Counted from the first letter of the stretch, positions 38,032 through 50,832 are shown. The stretch: DNA of 64,000 nt from Malacoraja senta (GCA_038087875.1 CM075989.1:11160001-11224000), one strand, 5' to 3'. The notes: generated by a model from the letters alone, not told the origin. A program made the numbers and translations.

Positions 38032-38167
38032 GCTGGAATTGAGAACAGACAGCTGGACACGGTGGACTTTTTCCTGAAGAGCAAAGAAAATATTTTTTCC
38101 GCTCCAGCGGCATTTTTAAAGCAGGAGAATTCTGAAGCCACGCTCACTTCATGGGCGCAATTAAAAA
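38032..38167 (+). CDS. SPG11: SPG11 coding exon 8
   Basis: AGIENRQLDTVDFFLKSKENIF...; AG/GTAAGT. Confidence 0.95.
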
Positions 38168-38574
38168 GTAAGTCACCTGGAGTAAAATGCAATCTCTTCA
38201 ATGTGTGGCTGATGGAATATTTACAGCAAATATATGTCACTGCTTTTTTTTAAAGATTCCATTTACATTAACTAACTGATCTCATTAATTACTTGATAGA
38301 AATTAATTCTGCGTTGCCTCCATTGAGCAGATGAAGGAGTAATTTAGGCGTGTTGCACACTGAAATTTGGCTCCATTGACGTCATTAAATTGCAGAAACA
38401 AATTTCAGAATTATTACATACACCAGAGGGCAACTCTCTATCTGTGTCACCAATTGTAGGATAGATGTACTTAATTAAATTTGCTAAAGTATAATTTGAG
38501 TGAAACTTCATGAGATGGTGACACTGATGTGGAACTGACATATGTCAGCATTCTATGCATCAGTTTGTTTTGGG

Positions 38575-38878
38575 TTGTAAGATACAGCATGGAAAGAGGC
38601 CTTTCAGCCCATCAAGATCACTCCGACCATTGATCACCCGTTCATATTAGTTTTATGTTATCTCACTTTTCCATCCACTCCCTGCACACTAGTGGTAAAT
38701 TACAAAGGCCAATTAACCTATTTGGGATGTGGAAGGAAACCGGAGCACTTGGAGAAAACCCACATGGTCACGGAGAGAACGTGCAAACTCCACACAGACA
38801 GCACCCGTGGTCAGGATTGAACCTGGGTATCTGGTACTGTGAGGCATCAGCTCTACCAGCTCCGCCAGTGTGGTGCCA
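38575..38878 (-). mobile_element. HE1-like SINE
   Basis: Reverse complement of the same family. Confidence 0.82.
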
Positions 38879-39059
38879 TGGTCATGTTCTGGCCTTCCTT
38901 GTCCACACCTCGGTGTGGAAAGGCTAAGCACACTGGAGGTCACATGGTGCTGCAGTGAGTCCAGCAGTGATTTTTGATTGTAACAGGTTAAGATGCACTT
39001 CATATCTGGCCCCTCAGCTTTATGCTAGCTGTATAAGGCATATCTAGAGCAGCCACATT

Positions 39060-39930
39060 CATTTGAATGGAGTCCCCCAAAGCAATGTTCGATTTCTTTA
39101 GAAAACATGGTTTCCACCCTGCTGTTGAAGATGGATCACGCACCCACGTCTCCACTGCGTCCTGTAGTTCTGACCTCGCTGTCCCTTCCCCCAGACGGAA
39201 CAAGGGTAGAGTTCCCCTGGAACTCACCTTTTATTCCACCAGCCACCAACACGTCATTCTCCAACATTTCTGCCTCCTTCAACATAATCCCACCACCAAT
39301 CACATCTTCCTAACTTCACCCCTTTTTGCCTTCCACAGAGATCACTCCCTCTGCAACTCCTTGGTTCACTCATCCCTTTTCCACCCAAATCACTCCCTCC
39401 TCAGGTACTTTCCCCAGAAACTGCAGGAGATGTAACATCTATCCCTCTCTCTCCTCCCTCGCATACATTCAGGGACCCCAGCAGTCCTTCCAGGTGAGGC
39501 AGAGGATGTACACGTCCTCTAAACACATCTGCGGCATCCAGAGTTCCTGATTTGGGCTCTATCAGCAAGGCCAAGCAGAGACTTGGTGACCCTTTCGCCG
39601 AATGCTTGTGCTCAGTCTTCCAAGGCCTACTGGATCTCCCGGTTGCAAACCACTTTAACTCCCCTTCCCATTCCTACACTGACCTTTCTGTCCTGGGTCT
39701 CCTCCATTGCCAGAGTGAGGCCACATGCAAACTGGAGGAACAGCACCTCATATTCCGCTAAGGTAACTTACAACTCAACGGTATGAACATTGAATTCTCC
39801 AATTTTAGGTAACAATAAACCCGCCCCCTCCCCCTCCTTCACCATTTCTTCCCCCTATTCCCTTTAGTCTTTTCATCACTGGCCTTTATCCAACCATCTT
39901 CCTATCCAAAACCTCCCTTACCTGTTCCTG
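39060..39930 (+). mobile_element. Penelope-like element, degenerate GIY-YIG endonuclease region
   Basis: RNKGRVPLELTF; FQVRQR..TSS; KQRLGDPFAECL..LPVANHFNSPSHS..DLSVLGL..KLEEQHLIFR..GMNIEFSNFR, with frameshifts. Confidence 0.9.
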
Positions 39931-39993
39931 ATGTGCAGATTGTATTCAGCAATTTCTGTTTTTATTCAGACATTTTGTCTTTGCTTATTGCAG

Positions 39994-40149
39994 ACGTTGA
40001 GGAAATTAAGCCAGCTTTGGACTTGCTGTGTTCAGCTATCAAGGAACACGACTCTGAAACTCAGAGCAGGCAGTTCTCTGAGCAACTTCTGAACCTTACG
40101 TTGACTTTTCTCAACAAACAAATCCAGGAGCTTCTGATGCAGCCAGGAG
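39994..40149 (+). CDS. SPG11: SPG11 coding exon 9
   Basis: VEEIKPALDLLCSAIKEHDSETQSRQFSEQLLNLTLTFLNKQIQEL; 156 nt. Confidence 0.95.
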
Positions 40150-42261
40150 GTGAGATGCTTTGAGTAGTCTTTGGATTATACTGAATAGATTACAGTAGGC
40201 TGTAATTTATACCTAATCACTCCATTCAAATGCAGGGAATAAAAAAATGATGTCTGGTGAGATATTTGTTTTATACTGATTGTGTCCTTAAAAAAGCTAC
40301 TTGCCTTCCCACATCTCATGTTCTACCATGTATCATGTAGCATGACCACTGAGCATCAAAACACCTTTCAATCACTGCCCTCAGAGTTCCTCACCTGTTT
40401 GAGATCAATCATTACTATGATCTTATCATGGATGCTCTTAGGAGTTAATTGCATGTAAAATTGCAAATTGAATGTGCATATACCACAATATTTCACAGCC
40501 TGCCAGACACTAACGGAATCTCTCACTGGTTCATCAGCAAACGTATTTATTTTTCAATAACTGTGTTAGTACGAAAGCTTTTTTTATCTATGACGTGTTT
40601 GATTCCTCAATGAATTCTATTAAATTTACACTTTCCAATAAATTGCTTCAATTTCATGGGTTTTAAAACTCAAACCTCTTCAAAGATTAAAATTGTTTAG
40701 CAATTTCATAACTTACTTTAATGCAGTAAAATACCTCAGGGTACCTTGGAGCAATATTATCAATCAGCATTTCACTGCAATTATAGTGGGTAACTTATTA
40801 AAAGGCATTTTTAGAAAAGATTACTTTATTCAGAATTTATGATGTTTGGAGTAATGAAGGAGAGTTTTGTCACCATGAGTGTAATGCATTATTTGTGCTC
40901 AGCATTTGACAAATGTAAGGAAGTCTCAATTAATTGAGCTTTCTTTATAAAAAGCCTATTCCATTTTGTTTTAATATTAATGATGCTGTTCAATGATCAG
41001 CTGAATTTAGCATATATTACAAGCAAGCGAACTGAGGTTTAGCTCATTCCCAATATATGTTGGAAAGGACTCCATTAACACCACTGCAAGATTAAAGGTC
41101 CTCTGTTTTCAGTAATGTTTAAATTTATTGGAATTATTTATACGCTGCTTTATAAATTACTGACAGATATTTACATGTATTTACATATATATCTTTTGTT
41201 TTGAGTATTTCCTTATTGCTTAGTAAAATTCATAGGCTCAGTGAAACCGTCACAAAATGAAGCTTTTATTATAAATAGTGCCATGCCTTCTCCTCCAATT
41301 TCATTTTTTGTCTTTTCCTCGCCCTTTGTATATTCCTTTTCAGAATATCTAATCTGCTTTTAAACAACAATATAGTTTCTGCTTTTTGATGTTCATGTCA
41401 GAATCCTGCATGCATTTTTATTTGTTTGTCAGTATAACAGATAATCCTTCGTCGGTTCTTTTTTCATTTTATACAGATATATTCTGCATCCAAAATTCTG
41501 CTTCCAAAATATGTCCCATCCTGCTCCATGTTTTGCCCCAGGTCTCCCTTTGCCTGAAATTAAACATCATTGTTCTTATGCTTAAAACCCTCCATGACCA
41601 TGTTTGCCTTATCTCTACATTTATTTTCCTGTCATCGTTCTTCTTTACTCCATTATTAATAGATGTCTTTTGATTCAGGACTCCATATCTTAGAATTCCC
41701 AATCATGAGCATTCTACCTCCTGCTATCATTATAGTTGCACTGCTTCCAATAGCTCCAGTTTCTATTAAGAATCAAATTTTGTCATGGTATTTCTTATTT
41801 CACCTTTCTTATTACAAACATCCCATATTTCTCAACTGTGAACCTGCACTTAACTGCTCGTTTAATAACCTTTCCTGTATTATCAGTCATATATGATGAA
41901 GTTTTCTATTTCGGTATACGAAGACTTCAAATATTATCCATTTTTATGTTCATTGAAATTCCTTAAACAGATCCAAAGGATTTCTGCTGCAGCCATTGGG
42001 GAATTCTGTTGTTCATATTACAAAACCAGAACTGCTGGAAATATTAAAGAAATTCTGGAAAAAATCTTTGTGTGCTGTTTCAGAAAAGGATCTGCTTGGA
42101 TTCATTTCATTCTTGTACTTGTTAATTACTATGCAAACATAGTGTGATATGACTGGATAGTACAGAGACTAAGCTATTGTATCTCGGTAGACATGATAAT
42201 AATAAACTATGCTAAACTAAACTGTTTGATTGCAAAAACAATAATTTGGTTTCAGTTCCTT

Positions 42262-43115
42262 TCAAGTCAAGTCAAGTCACATTTATTTATATAGCACATT
42301 TTAAAAAAAACTCTCGTTGACCAAAGTGCTTTACATTTGTTATAAGAACAGCATAAACAAAACAAACTACATACATATATACATGTAGCCCTCACTCAGA
42401 GGACGTCAGGAAAGGCTTGGGAGTATAGATAAGTTTTTAGTCTTGACTTAAAAGAGTCGATTGAGGGGGCAGTTCTGATGGGAAAGGGGATGCTGTTCCA
42501 CAGTCTAGGGGCTGCAACCGCAAAGGCGCGGTCGCCCCTGAGCTTATGCCTAGACCGTGGGATATTCAGCAACCCCAAGTCGGCCGATCTGAGGGGCCTG
42601 GAGGTGGAGTGGTGGGTGAGAAGACTTTTTATGTAGGTGGGGGCAAGCCCATTGAGGGCTTTGTAGACATGGAGGAGGATCTTGAAGTTTATACGGAACC
42701 GCACAGGGAGCCAGTGGAGAGAGGCCAGGATCGGGGTGATGTGGTCCCTTTTTCTGGTGCCCGTCAGGAGTCTCGTTGCGGCGTTTTGGACCAGTTGCAG
42801 GCGGGACAGGGAAGATTGGCTGATGCCAGTGTAAAGGGAGTTGCAGTAATCTAGGCGGGAGGAGATAAATGTGTGGATGATCTTTTCGAGGTCATCAAAC
42901 TGGTGGAATTGTTTTATTTTAGCTATCGTCCGAAGCTGAAAGAAGCTAGCTTTTACCACGGCATTGATTTGTTTGTCAAATTTCAGTGCTGAGTCAAATA
43001 TCACGCCAAGGTTTTTGACGTGAGGTTTGAGTAGTGGGGTAAGGCTTCCAAGGCTGCCTGCTCTCATTTTGATTGAGTCCGAGGGGCCGATAAGGATGAC
43101 CTCAGACTTACTCTC
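42262..43115 (-). mobile_element. Young 5'-truncated L2-clade LINE
   Basis: Stop-free RT C-terminal ORF (KNLGVIFDS..SRLDYCNSLY..LQLVQNAA..HITPILASLHWLPV..FKSRLKTYL); 3' UTR with GTAAAGCACTTTG, AATAAA and (TTGAC)n tail. Confidence 0.92.
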
Positions 43116-43348
43116 GACTTTAGAACGTTCTTGCTGTGATGGTACTCCCATGTTAGTGGTACTCCCAGCTGTGATGGTACTCCCATGATAGTATTGCATT
43201 GGGAATTTGAGTATTACAACTCACCAGCAATAAAGGAACAACAATATACCAGTTAGAATGAAGTGTTTTTTCTGGTTGACATTTCGTTGGCTTTTATTAT
43301 AAATTACTGTCCTATTCCGTTGCAATAAACATCTTTGTACATCTTCAG

Positions 43349-43536
43349 AACTGGATGAGCACAAGCAGAAATGTGTGGACTATCTCACTGGTTATATTAT
43401 CAAGCTCCGTAAATTTATGAAGAAGTACCCGCATAAACCACCAAGGGAGAGCGTCACTGATGGGTGTGAGGATGAAGAAAATACTCTACCAGACGTTAAT
43501 CCAGTTTATGGAAAGTGGAATAGTCTCAATACCAAT
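43349..43536 (+). CDS. SPG11: SPG11 coding exon 10
   Basis: ELDEHKQKCVDYLTGYIIKLRKFMKKYP...WNSLNTN; AG/GTAAGT. Confidence 0.93.
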
Positions 43537-43962
43537 GTAAGTACCCAGATGTGTAATCGGTTCACTTGGGATATGTTTTAAACTAACTGCCAAGTGTACA
43601 GTACATAAACAGGCCATGCAGTCCAGCTGGTGTACATGGGCATTTCTATTCCTTACTCCCACCTGTCCGCAACTCACCCTGACAATATATCCTTACAGTT
43701 TGTTCTGAGGCAGAAAATGCTGGAAACATTTGGCAGATAGGGAGCATCTGTGGAAAGCAAATTGGTTAATGTTTCAGGTTGGAACTGGGAAAAACTGGTA
43801 ATAGTTTATGAATCATGTATAAACCACCAGCAAGAGCTTGTACATGGAGAGAGTCACTGACGTAAACGTGATCCATTGGAAGATAACTTTGAGAAATAAA
43901 ACAAAACAAATTTTGAAACTTTTTTTCAAAGTAGAAGATTCTAAAAGCAGCCCAATAATAAT

Positions 43963-44233
43963 AAGGTACACAAAAATGCTGGAGAAACTCAGCGGGTGCA
44001 GCAGCATCTATGGAGCGAAGGAAATAGGCAACGTTTCGGGCCGAAACCCTTCTTCAGACTGATAGGGGGTGGGGAGAAGAAAGGGGAAAAGGAAAAAAGG
44101 CGGAGGAGGAGCCCGAGGGCTGGGGGATGGGAGGAGACAACCAGAGGGCTGATGAAGGGGAGGGGACAGCAAGGGCTAGCAGAGTTGGGAGAATTCAATG
44201 TTCATGCCCCCAGGATGTAACACTTATTTTACA
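43963..44233 (-). mobile_element. Young 5'-truncated Penelope-like element (ORF end plus terminal repeat with hammerhead-like core)
   Basis: Minus strand reads LHPGGMNIEFSQLC* then the terminal repeat; 14-bp TSD CCAATAATAATAAG (43952-43965, 44234-44247); near-identical to the 13418 copy. Confidence 0.88.
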
Positions 44234-45331
44234 CCAATAATAATAAGTATGTTCATGAGCAAAGGCAGGGACTTAAAACAATTGGGCAGGTGGACTGTAA
44301 TATGGTGAAATTAGACGTTTTCATAAGTTCTAGGAACAGAATTAGGCCATTTTGCCCATCGTCTACACCATTCAATTATGTCTGATCTATCTTTCTCTCA
44401 CAATCCCAATCTCCCGCCTTCTCTCCATAACCCCAGACACCCTTACTGATCACAAATCTGTCAATCTCCGCCTTAAAAATATTCATTGACTTGGCCTCCA
44501 CAGCCGTCTGTGGTAATGAATTCCACAGATTCACCATCCTCTGACTAAAGAAATTCCTCCTTGTCTACTTTCTAATGGTACGTCTTTTTATTCTGAGGCT
44601 ATGGTCCCTGGTCCTAATCTCTCCCACGAGTGAAAACATCCTCTCCACATTCACCAATTTTTCTATTTTGGTATGATGAATAAAACAGCAAACATTTTTT
44701 TAAGTGAAGAAAAGGTACAGAATGTTGAATCTTTGTCAACACAAAATAGAAAGCTAGTAGGCAGACATAGCAAATAATTAAGAAGGCAACTGGAATGAAA
44801 TAATTAAGAAGGCAACTATCACCTTCCTACACTCACCCATAGACCTTGATACCTTTAATATCTGGAAATCCATTGATGTCTGCCTTGAATATTATCAGTG
44901 ACCACATCTCCTTGTTGTGTAATGAGGATAAGCTAAACAGGCTGGGCCTTAACTCATTGGAGTTCAGAACAATTGGAGGAACTTAAGATTTCTAGCAGCT
45001 TGCTAGGGTAATTGCAAAGATTTCGCCTCAAGAGTGTCCAGTATTGCAGGGAATAGTGTCACAATATTTAAAGCACGGATGAGGTAGGATTCTCCTTTCT
45101 CTCAGGGAACCGTAGAGGCATGCTCAGGGGACCATGTGACTCTTGCTCCTGCTCCTTAATTTCTTTTGCACACAGGTTGAACCCGAATAATAATTTCAAA
45201 GCGTATATATTTTTATCCCCAGCAAGAATTAATTTATTTTAAACTGGTTAAAGTGTGTTAAATTATGATGGGAATGTCTAAGATTTCATCTGCGATAAGA
45301 ATATTAAAAAATTTGTGTTATCCTTTTACAG

Positions 45332-45508
45332 GAAATTATTCGTGACGCTCTACTGAATAATCAGATTCCACGAGCTCAGGGATATTTCCGAGCCCAACAA
45401 AAACCAACAAAGGATTTGAACAAACTCATGCAAGCTGGTTTAACTCTGACTTATGATTGTCTCTTAAAAAAAGACTTGCAGGAAGCTAAGAAACTTCTAA
45501 GGAACATG
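45332..45508 (+). CDS. SPG11: SPG11 coding exon 11
   Basis: EIIRDALLNNQIPRAQGYFR...EAKKLLRNM; 177 nt. Confidence 0.94.
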
Positions 45509-46601
45509 GTAATTACAGAAGTACTGGAAATTAAATAAAGTTCTGTTGCATGATATATTGACAAAAATAGTTTGGAAAATAAATATTGTAGAATTCACTA
45601 TATGATTTAATGTTCTTTATCAGACAAATGTGGTCAAGAAACTTGCGTCAGTTAATTTGTATGTTCTCATTTGCAAAGCTTTGATAGCCAGCCAATGAAG
45701 AAATGTTTGTTTTTAGCATATTTTTCTTTTCCATTGATTTGTTTCTTTGCTGGAATTCCTGGCAATGCTGGCAATTTATTACCATGTCTATTTGCCTCTC
45801 CCAGAGGAGGCAATGGTGGATCTGGAGTCACATTAGACTCTGGATGGTGGATTTTCTTCACTGAAGACTTGAGTGAACTAGATGGGTTTTCACGACAGTC
45901 TAGTAGTTTGGGGTAACGATCACTGAGGCTATCATGTTTTAATGGCAGATTTTATTGAATGGCTTGAAATTTAAATTCCTCAGGTGTCAACATTCATGCC
46001 TTTGGATCAGTGATCCTGAACCTTGGGTGCCAATGCACTAATCTAACAATTACATTATTCTGGCCCTCTCCTTTCCCTCGCTCCTGATGTAAATTGGCGA
46101 TTTCAGATTATGCCCGAATGTTTTTTCTTATTTCTTGAAGCCTTTTCTTCCTGCACTGCTGCAGTGATAACACAGAGGCACTTCATTTTATTTCTTGCTA
46201 AGGAAGGGCAGATTTTATCTTCTGTGATCTTGCATATGTATTGTCTTTCCTATTCTTTGAATAAGCTATAGCTCTTTTGAGCAGATGGCTTGTGCACTGC
46301 AAGGTCTATAGGTGGCAGCTGAGATAAATGTTGTCACACACAGTAAAGAATCCAGCTATTAACCTGAGATATCATTCTCTGCAAGTCACCACAGGGAGTT
46401 GCTTACTGTACACCAGACAGCCTGAGTATTTCCTCATAGACACAAAAACAAGACAGCTTATCATAATTTGCTGCAGATGTGATTTGTGAGCTGAAAATTA
46501 TAGGATTATGTGAGTATGTTGGTTGGACTGGGGAAAGAAGTATTTGGGGATTGATTTGATCTGCTTTTAATAATGGAACCCGTTATCCTCTTTAATTTTA
46601 G

Positions 46602-46673
46602 GGATTTGACGTGAAGAAAGAACTACATCGTATCTGTTTTTACACAGCTGATCGAGACCTTCGAGATTTCCTG
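46602..46673 (+). CDS. SPG11: SPG11 coding exon 12
   Basis: GFDVKKELHRICFYTADRDLRDFL; 72 nt. Confidence 0.94.
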
Positions 46674-46889
46674 GTAGGGTATCTGATTTATCTGATTTAT
46701 GGTTAGAGGTTCATTTCTGAACATCCCATTTAACCGTGTTGAATACAACAATACCTGTCTTATTTGTGACGGTGAGCTGACGGTGGGCAACTTCAGTGAT
46801 AGGACTCAGAGTAGTTTTTATGTTTCCTTCGCATTGCTGAACAAAGCCACTCCATTTATACCTCACGATGCCTTGGCAAGGCCAGCAGC

Positions 46890-47265
46890 ATAATCAAGGA
46901 TGTCGCACCCTGGACAATCCCTCTTCTTCCGTGTCCCATCGGGCAAAAAGTAGAGAAGTGTGAAAATGCACAGATTCTGAGACAGTTTCTTCCCAGCTGT
47001 TATCAGGCAACTGAACCATCCTACCGTAACTAGAGAGCAGTCATGAACTACTATCTACCTCATTGGTGACTCTCGGACTATCTTTGATCGGACTTTACTG
47101 GCTTTATCTTGCACTAAATGCTATTCATGTTATTCCCTTTATCATGTATCTGTACACTGAATGGCTCGATTGTAATCGGGTATTGTCTTTCCGCTGACTG
47201 GCTAGCACGCAACAAAAGCTTTTCACTATATCTCGATACATGTGACATTGAACTAAACTAAACTC
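46890..47265 (+). mobile_element. Rex1-like LINE 3' end
   Basis: IIKD.SHPG...PSGK.YRSVK...DSFFPAVIRQLN; (AACTA)n tail. Confidence 0.75.
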
Positions 47266-48755
47266 ACGCAGGGACCCAGTTCAGTACAGTTGGCAATATG
47301 ATTCCACCTTGTTAGTCATTTATTCCTGTTTAAGCCGAAGAGAAGGATATGTGACAACCCGTACACTATTCTGCATGGAATGAAACAAGGAAGTACTCTA
47401 TTTGTCTCATTTCTCTCATTGTCTCGTTGCTTCTACAAGCACACATGACAGGTTCAGAATACTTGCATACAATTGAAGGCCATTTGGTCCCTCTAGTTGC
47501 TCCACCATTTAATATTTACAACCTCAACTCTGCTTCCCTGTCTATCCACGGACACCTTTCACCCCTTTGAATCGTTCTTGTGCCTGATTTAACTGGACTG
47601 TAATTAAATACAGTGTTACGTATTATTAACTGTTAGACTTGTCGAGCATTTCCTGTAAGTGCTCCTCCTAGTTTGCGAGGAAAAAATAGAGAGAAGATAA
47701 CTAATATTTTCCTATGGTTGTCAGGAATGTAGACTCTAAAATATATCTATTTAAAAGCGATTCTTGGAAAACTCAGATTAAAATATATAATCATAGTCCC
47801 TTTTAACATTTCTATCGCTTATATATTTTCCTGTTAACACCCAACATCCCACAGTCTCCGGCTGTCCAGTTTACGTTTTTTCAGTAATATTGCCCAATAT
47901 GTGGAATGTGGAATCCACTGTGATGGATATTTATGTTAACTTTTATGAGGTTGTGTGTCTTGTTGCTTTTCACTTAGAATGGCTGTATGGTAACTCAAAT
48001 TTCACTGTACCTTAATTGTTACGTGTGACAATAAACTGACCTTGCACCGTGAAACCTTGCAATACAAGTAACAGAGCAACAATACAAGTAACAGTGGCCT
48101 GCATCTGACCTCTCTTGTAAATACTGTCGACCTCTTTGCCAGTAGATTACGACTTCTTGGAACGGCTTGAAAGACATAGTCATCCCCATTAGCACATCCT
48201 TCATTTATGTTGTAAATAAAAAGTAAAAATAAAGTGTGAATGATGTTGACTTAATGAGGAGTCTGCCTCTTCCAAGGTCATTTCAAAAGTCTTCCCACTT
48301 CATCAGTGCTCTGTACATTTATTGACATCTGCTTTATAATGCTCAGCAATTTATATAATTAGTTCATAGTTGCTTTAGGGGAGAGGAAGCTGGGTATTTT
48401 GGAAGCACTCCAAATGAACATGAGGCTAAGCTGCGGTCTAAACTGATCCTTATGATATCTTTTTAAAATATTTAGATAATGAACTGAAGATGTTTACACT
48501 GCAGTGGTTTTAAAATAGAATGATTACAGGAGAAGTCATGATTTCCTCCGATACCCAACTCCTTTTGGCTGAGTTGAATTGTGTAGAGGGTGAAGGCAAT
48601 TGTTTTTTGCATCTTGTACAGTAAGATTTATTTTAGAAACCACTTTGCCCTGTTAAGTATGAAACATAAGTTTCGGGATAGAACCCAAGCTGACTCCAGA
48701 TAGAAGTGATCCAACCTCTCTGGAAGATTACTCCTTCTGACTTTAGAGAGAGTGA

Positions 48756-49503
48756 GTTTAGACTTTAGAGAGGTTTTGCATGGAAACGGGCCCTTTGGGC
48801 CTCTGAGTCCGCACCGACCAGTTATCACCCTGTACACTAGAACTATCCTGCACATTAGAGACAATTTAGAGTTTACAGAAGGCAAACCTGTATGTCTTTG
48901 AAGTGTGGGAGGAAACGAGAGCACCCGGAGAAAACTCACGTGGTCTCAGGGTGAAGATACAAACTCCGTATAGACAGCACCCCCAGTCAGGGATGACCCT
49001 GGGTCTCTGATGCTGTGAGGCAGCAACTCTGTGCCACTGTGCTGCCCTTGTTACACCAATGTGCTTTTATTTAACTCTGTATAAAGTATAATTTTCATGC
49101 TGTCAAATTGAAGGTGCAAAATATTTGGAGGTTTTGTTGAAACTACTGGACACTTCTTAACCAAGTTTGAAATAAATTTAAACATTGAGAATAAGGACTC
49201 TACTTATATAGATGTTGAATATTCAAGAATAACGTATTTCATTGAGTAAAATTGTTCAAGTTTAGTGTAGTTTAAAGATACAGCATGGAAACAGCACCTT
49301 CGGCCCACCAGGTCCATGCTGACTATTGATCAACTGTTCCCATTAGTTATATGTCATCTCACTTTTGAATACATTTCCTACACATATGGGGCAATTATGT
49401 AGAGGCCAATTAACCTCTAAACCTGACAAACCGAGGTCGTGATTGAACACGGGTCTGTGGCACTATGAGGCAGCAGCTCTACCAGCTGCTCCACTGTGCC
49501 GTC
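48756..49503 (-). mobile_element. Two HE1-like SINEs (48756-49046 and 49258-49503)
   Basis: Same family, both on the minus strand; the second is internally deleted. Confidence 0.8.
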
Positions 49504-49841
49504 CTGCCAGTGGGGTAACAAGGACGCAGGGTGGGGTACAAGCACACAGGCGAGGAGATTGGGCTCTCGTCAAGCTTGCCTGGTTAGATGGAGGTTTTTA
49601 AACTGGAAAAGACTAATCAGACATCACAATTAGTTAAACCGAGCCGAGGATTAAGGTTAGCAAGCACGCTTTTTTCTCTCTTGGATTCTGGCTAGGATTG
49701 AACAACTTAAAGCAGAAACATTTTTTGTGTAATTCAAGAAGCCTTTAAATAGCTTGAGCCAACTGTAAGAGTAAAAGAATGAGTAATGAATGGAATAAAA
49801 TGGTTTTGTTTTTTTTCTTAACGAATTCCTCTCCTTTTTAG

Positions 49842-49960
49842 GTGGAAAGCCTCCAGGATTACTTATCTGATGAAGAGAAAGAGATGGTGACATTTGTTCA
49901 CCTTGTAGAGAATCTGTATTCCTCCTCCATACATACTGTGGAAACTCCTGCATGTAGCAG
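49842..49960 (+). CDS. SPG11: SPG11 coding exon 13
   Basis: VESLQDYLSDEEKEMVTFVHLVENLY...; AG/GTAAAG. Confidence 0.92.
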
Positions 49961-50167
49961 GTAAAGTTAAAAAATGTATGATACTCCCTAGCAACCAATT
50001 GCAGCTCAGAGAAACGTAACGATTTCTGAGTGATGGGAGAGACCAGAGAATGAATTACTGTCATAAGCTCCCTCTCACTGTTTGGGTTTATCAGGGAAAG
50101 AACACGGCTTGCTAAAGCTGCTGAAATTGGAGGGACAAAATGACCCTTTCCTTTGTGGTGAGAGAGA

Positions 50168-50670
50168 GAGAGCTAGATAGGGCTCTTAAAAATAGTGGAG
50201 TCAGGGGATATGGGGAGAAGGCAGGAACGGGGCACTGATTGGGGATGATCAGCCATGATCACATTGAATGGCGGTGCTGGCTTGAAGGGCCGAATGGCCT
50301 ACTCCTGCACCTATTGTCTATTGTCTATTGGTGAAGATAGACTCAAAAAGCTGGAGTAACTCAGCGGGACAGGCAGCATCTCTGGAGAGAAGGTAGAAAG
50401 TAGACTCTGGAGAGAAGGAAAGGGTGACGTTTCGGGTTGAGACCCTTCTTCCTCCGTTGAGTTTTAGACAATAGGTGCAGGAGTAGGCCATTCGGCCCTT
50501 CGAGCCAGCACCGCCATTCAATGTGATCATGGCTGATCATCCCCAATCAATATCCCGTTCCTGCCTTCTCCCCATATCCCCTGACCGCTATCTTTAAGAG
50601 CCCTATCCAGCTCTCTCTTGAAAGTATCCAGAGACGGCCTCCACCGCCCTCTGAGGCAGAGAATTCCACA
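50168..50670. repeat. Inverted pair of young CR1 3' ends flanking a PLE repeat
   Basis: 50168-50318 is the near-perfect reverse complement of about 50466-50617; (CTATTGT)n tail. Confidence 0.85.
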
Positions 50671-50832
50671 GACGTGGAATAGTTTTCACTGTTTGATAAT
50701 AAAAGGGGCCATATTTATTGAATGAAAACTATCATAATATATTATGATCGTATATATAGTATGTATACTAGTTCATACTACACTAATTCATTTTTTTTAA
50801 AGCCTTAAAAAGCCTTAAAAAGATGGATAAAG

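Noticed and set aside
43116-43199. N-terminus (MQYYHGSTITAGSTT...) of the 267-aa ORF
   Set aside because: Read-in from flanking short GATGGTACTCCCA repeats; L2 homology starts only near 43115, so this is not a real gene start
44771-44818. Short direct duplication AAATAATTAAGAAGGCAACT (similar case at 48060-48094)
   Set aside because: Only two units with no spacer array; local slippage or repair duplication, not CRISPR-like
49814-49841. U12-like branch sequence TTCTTAAC before SPG11 exon 13
   Set aside because: The intron 12 donor is GTAGGG (U2-type) and a normal pyrimidine tract follows
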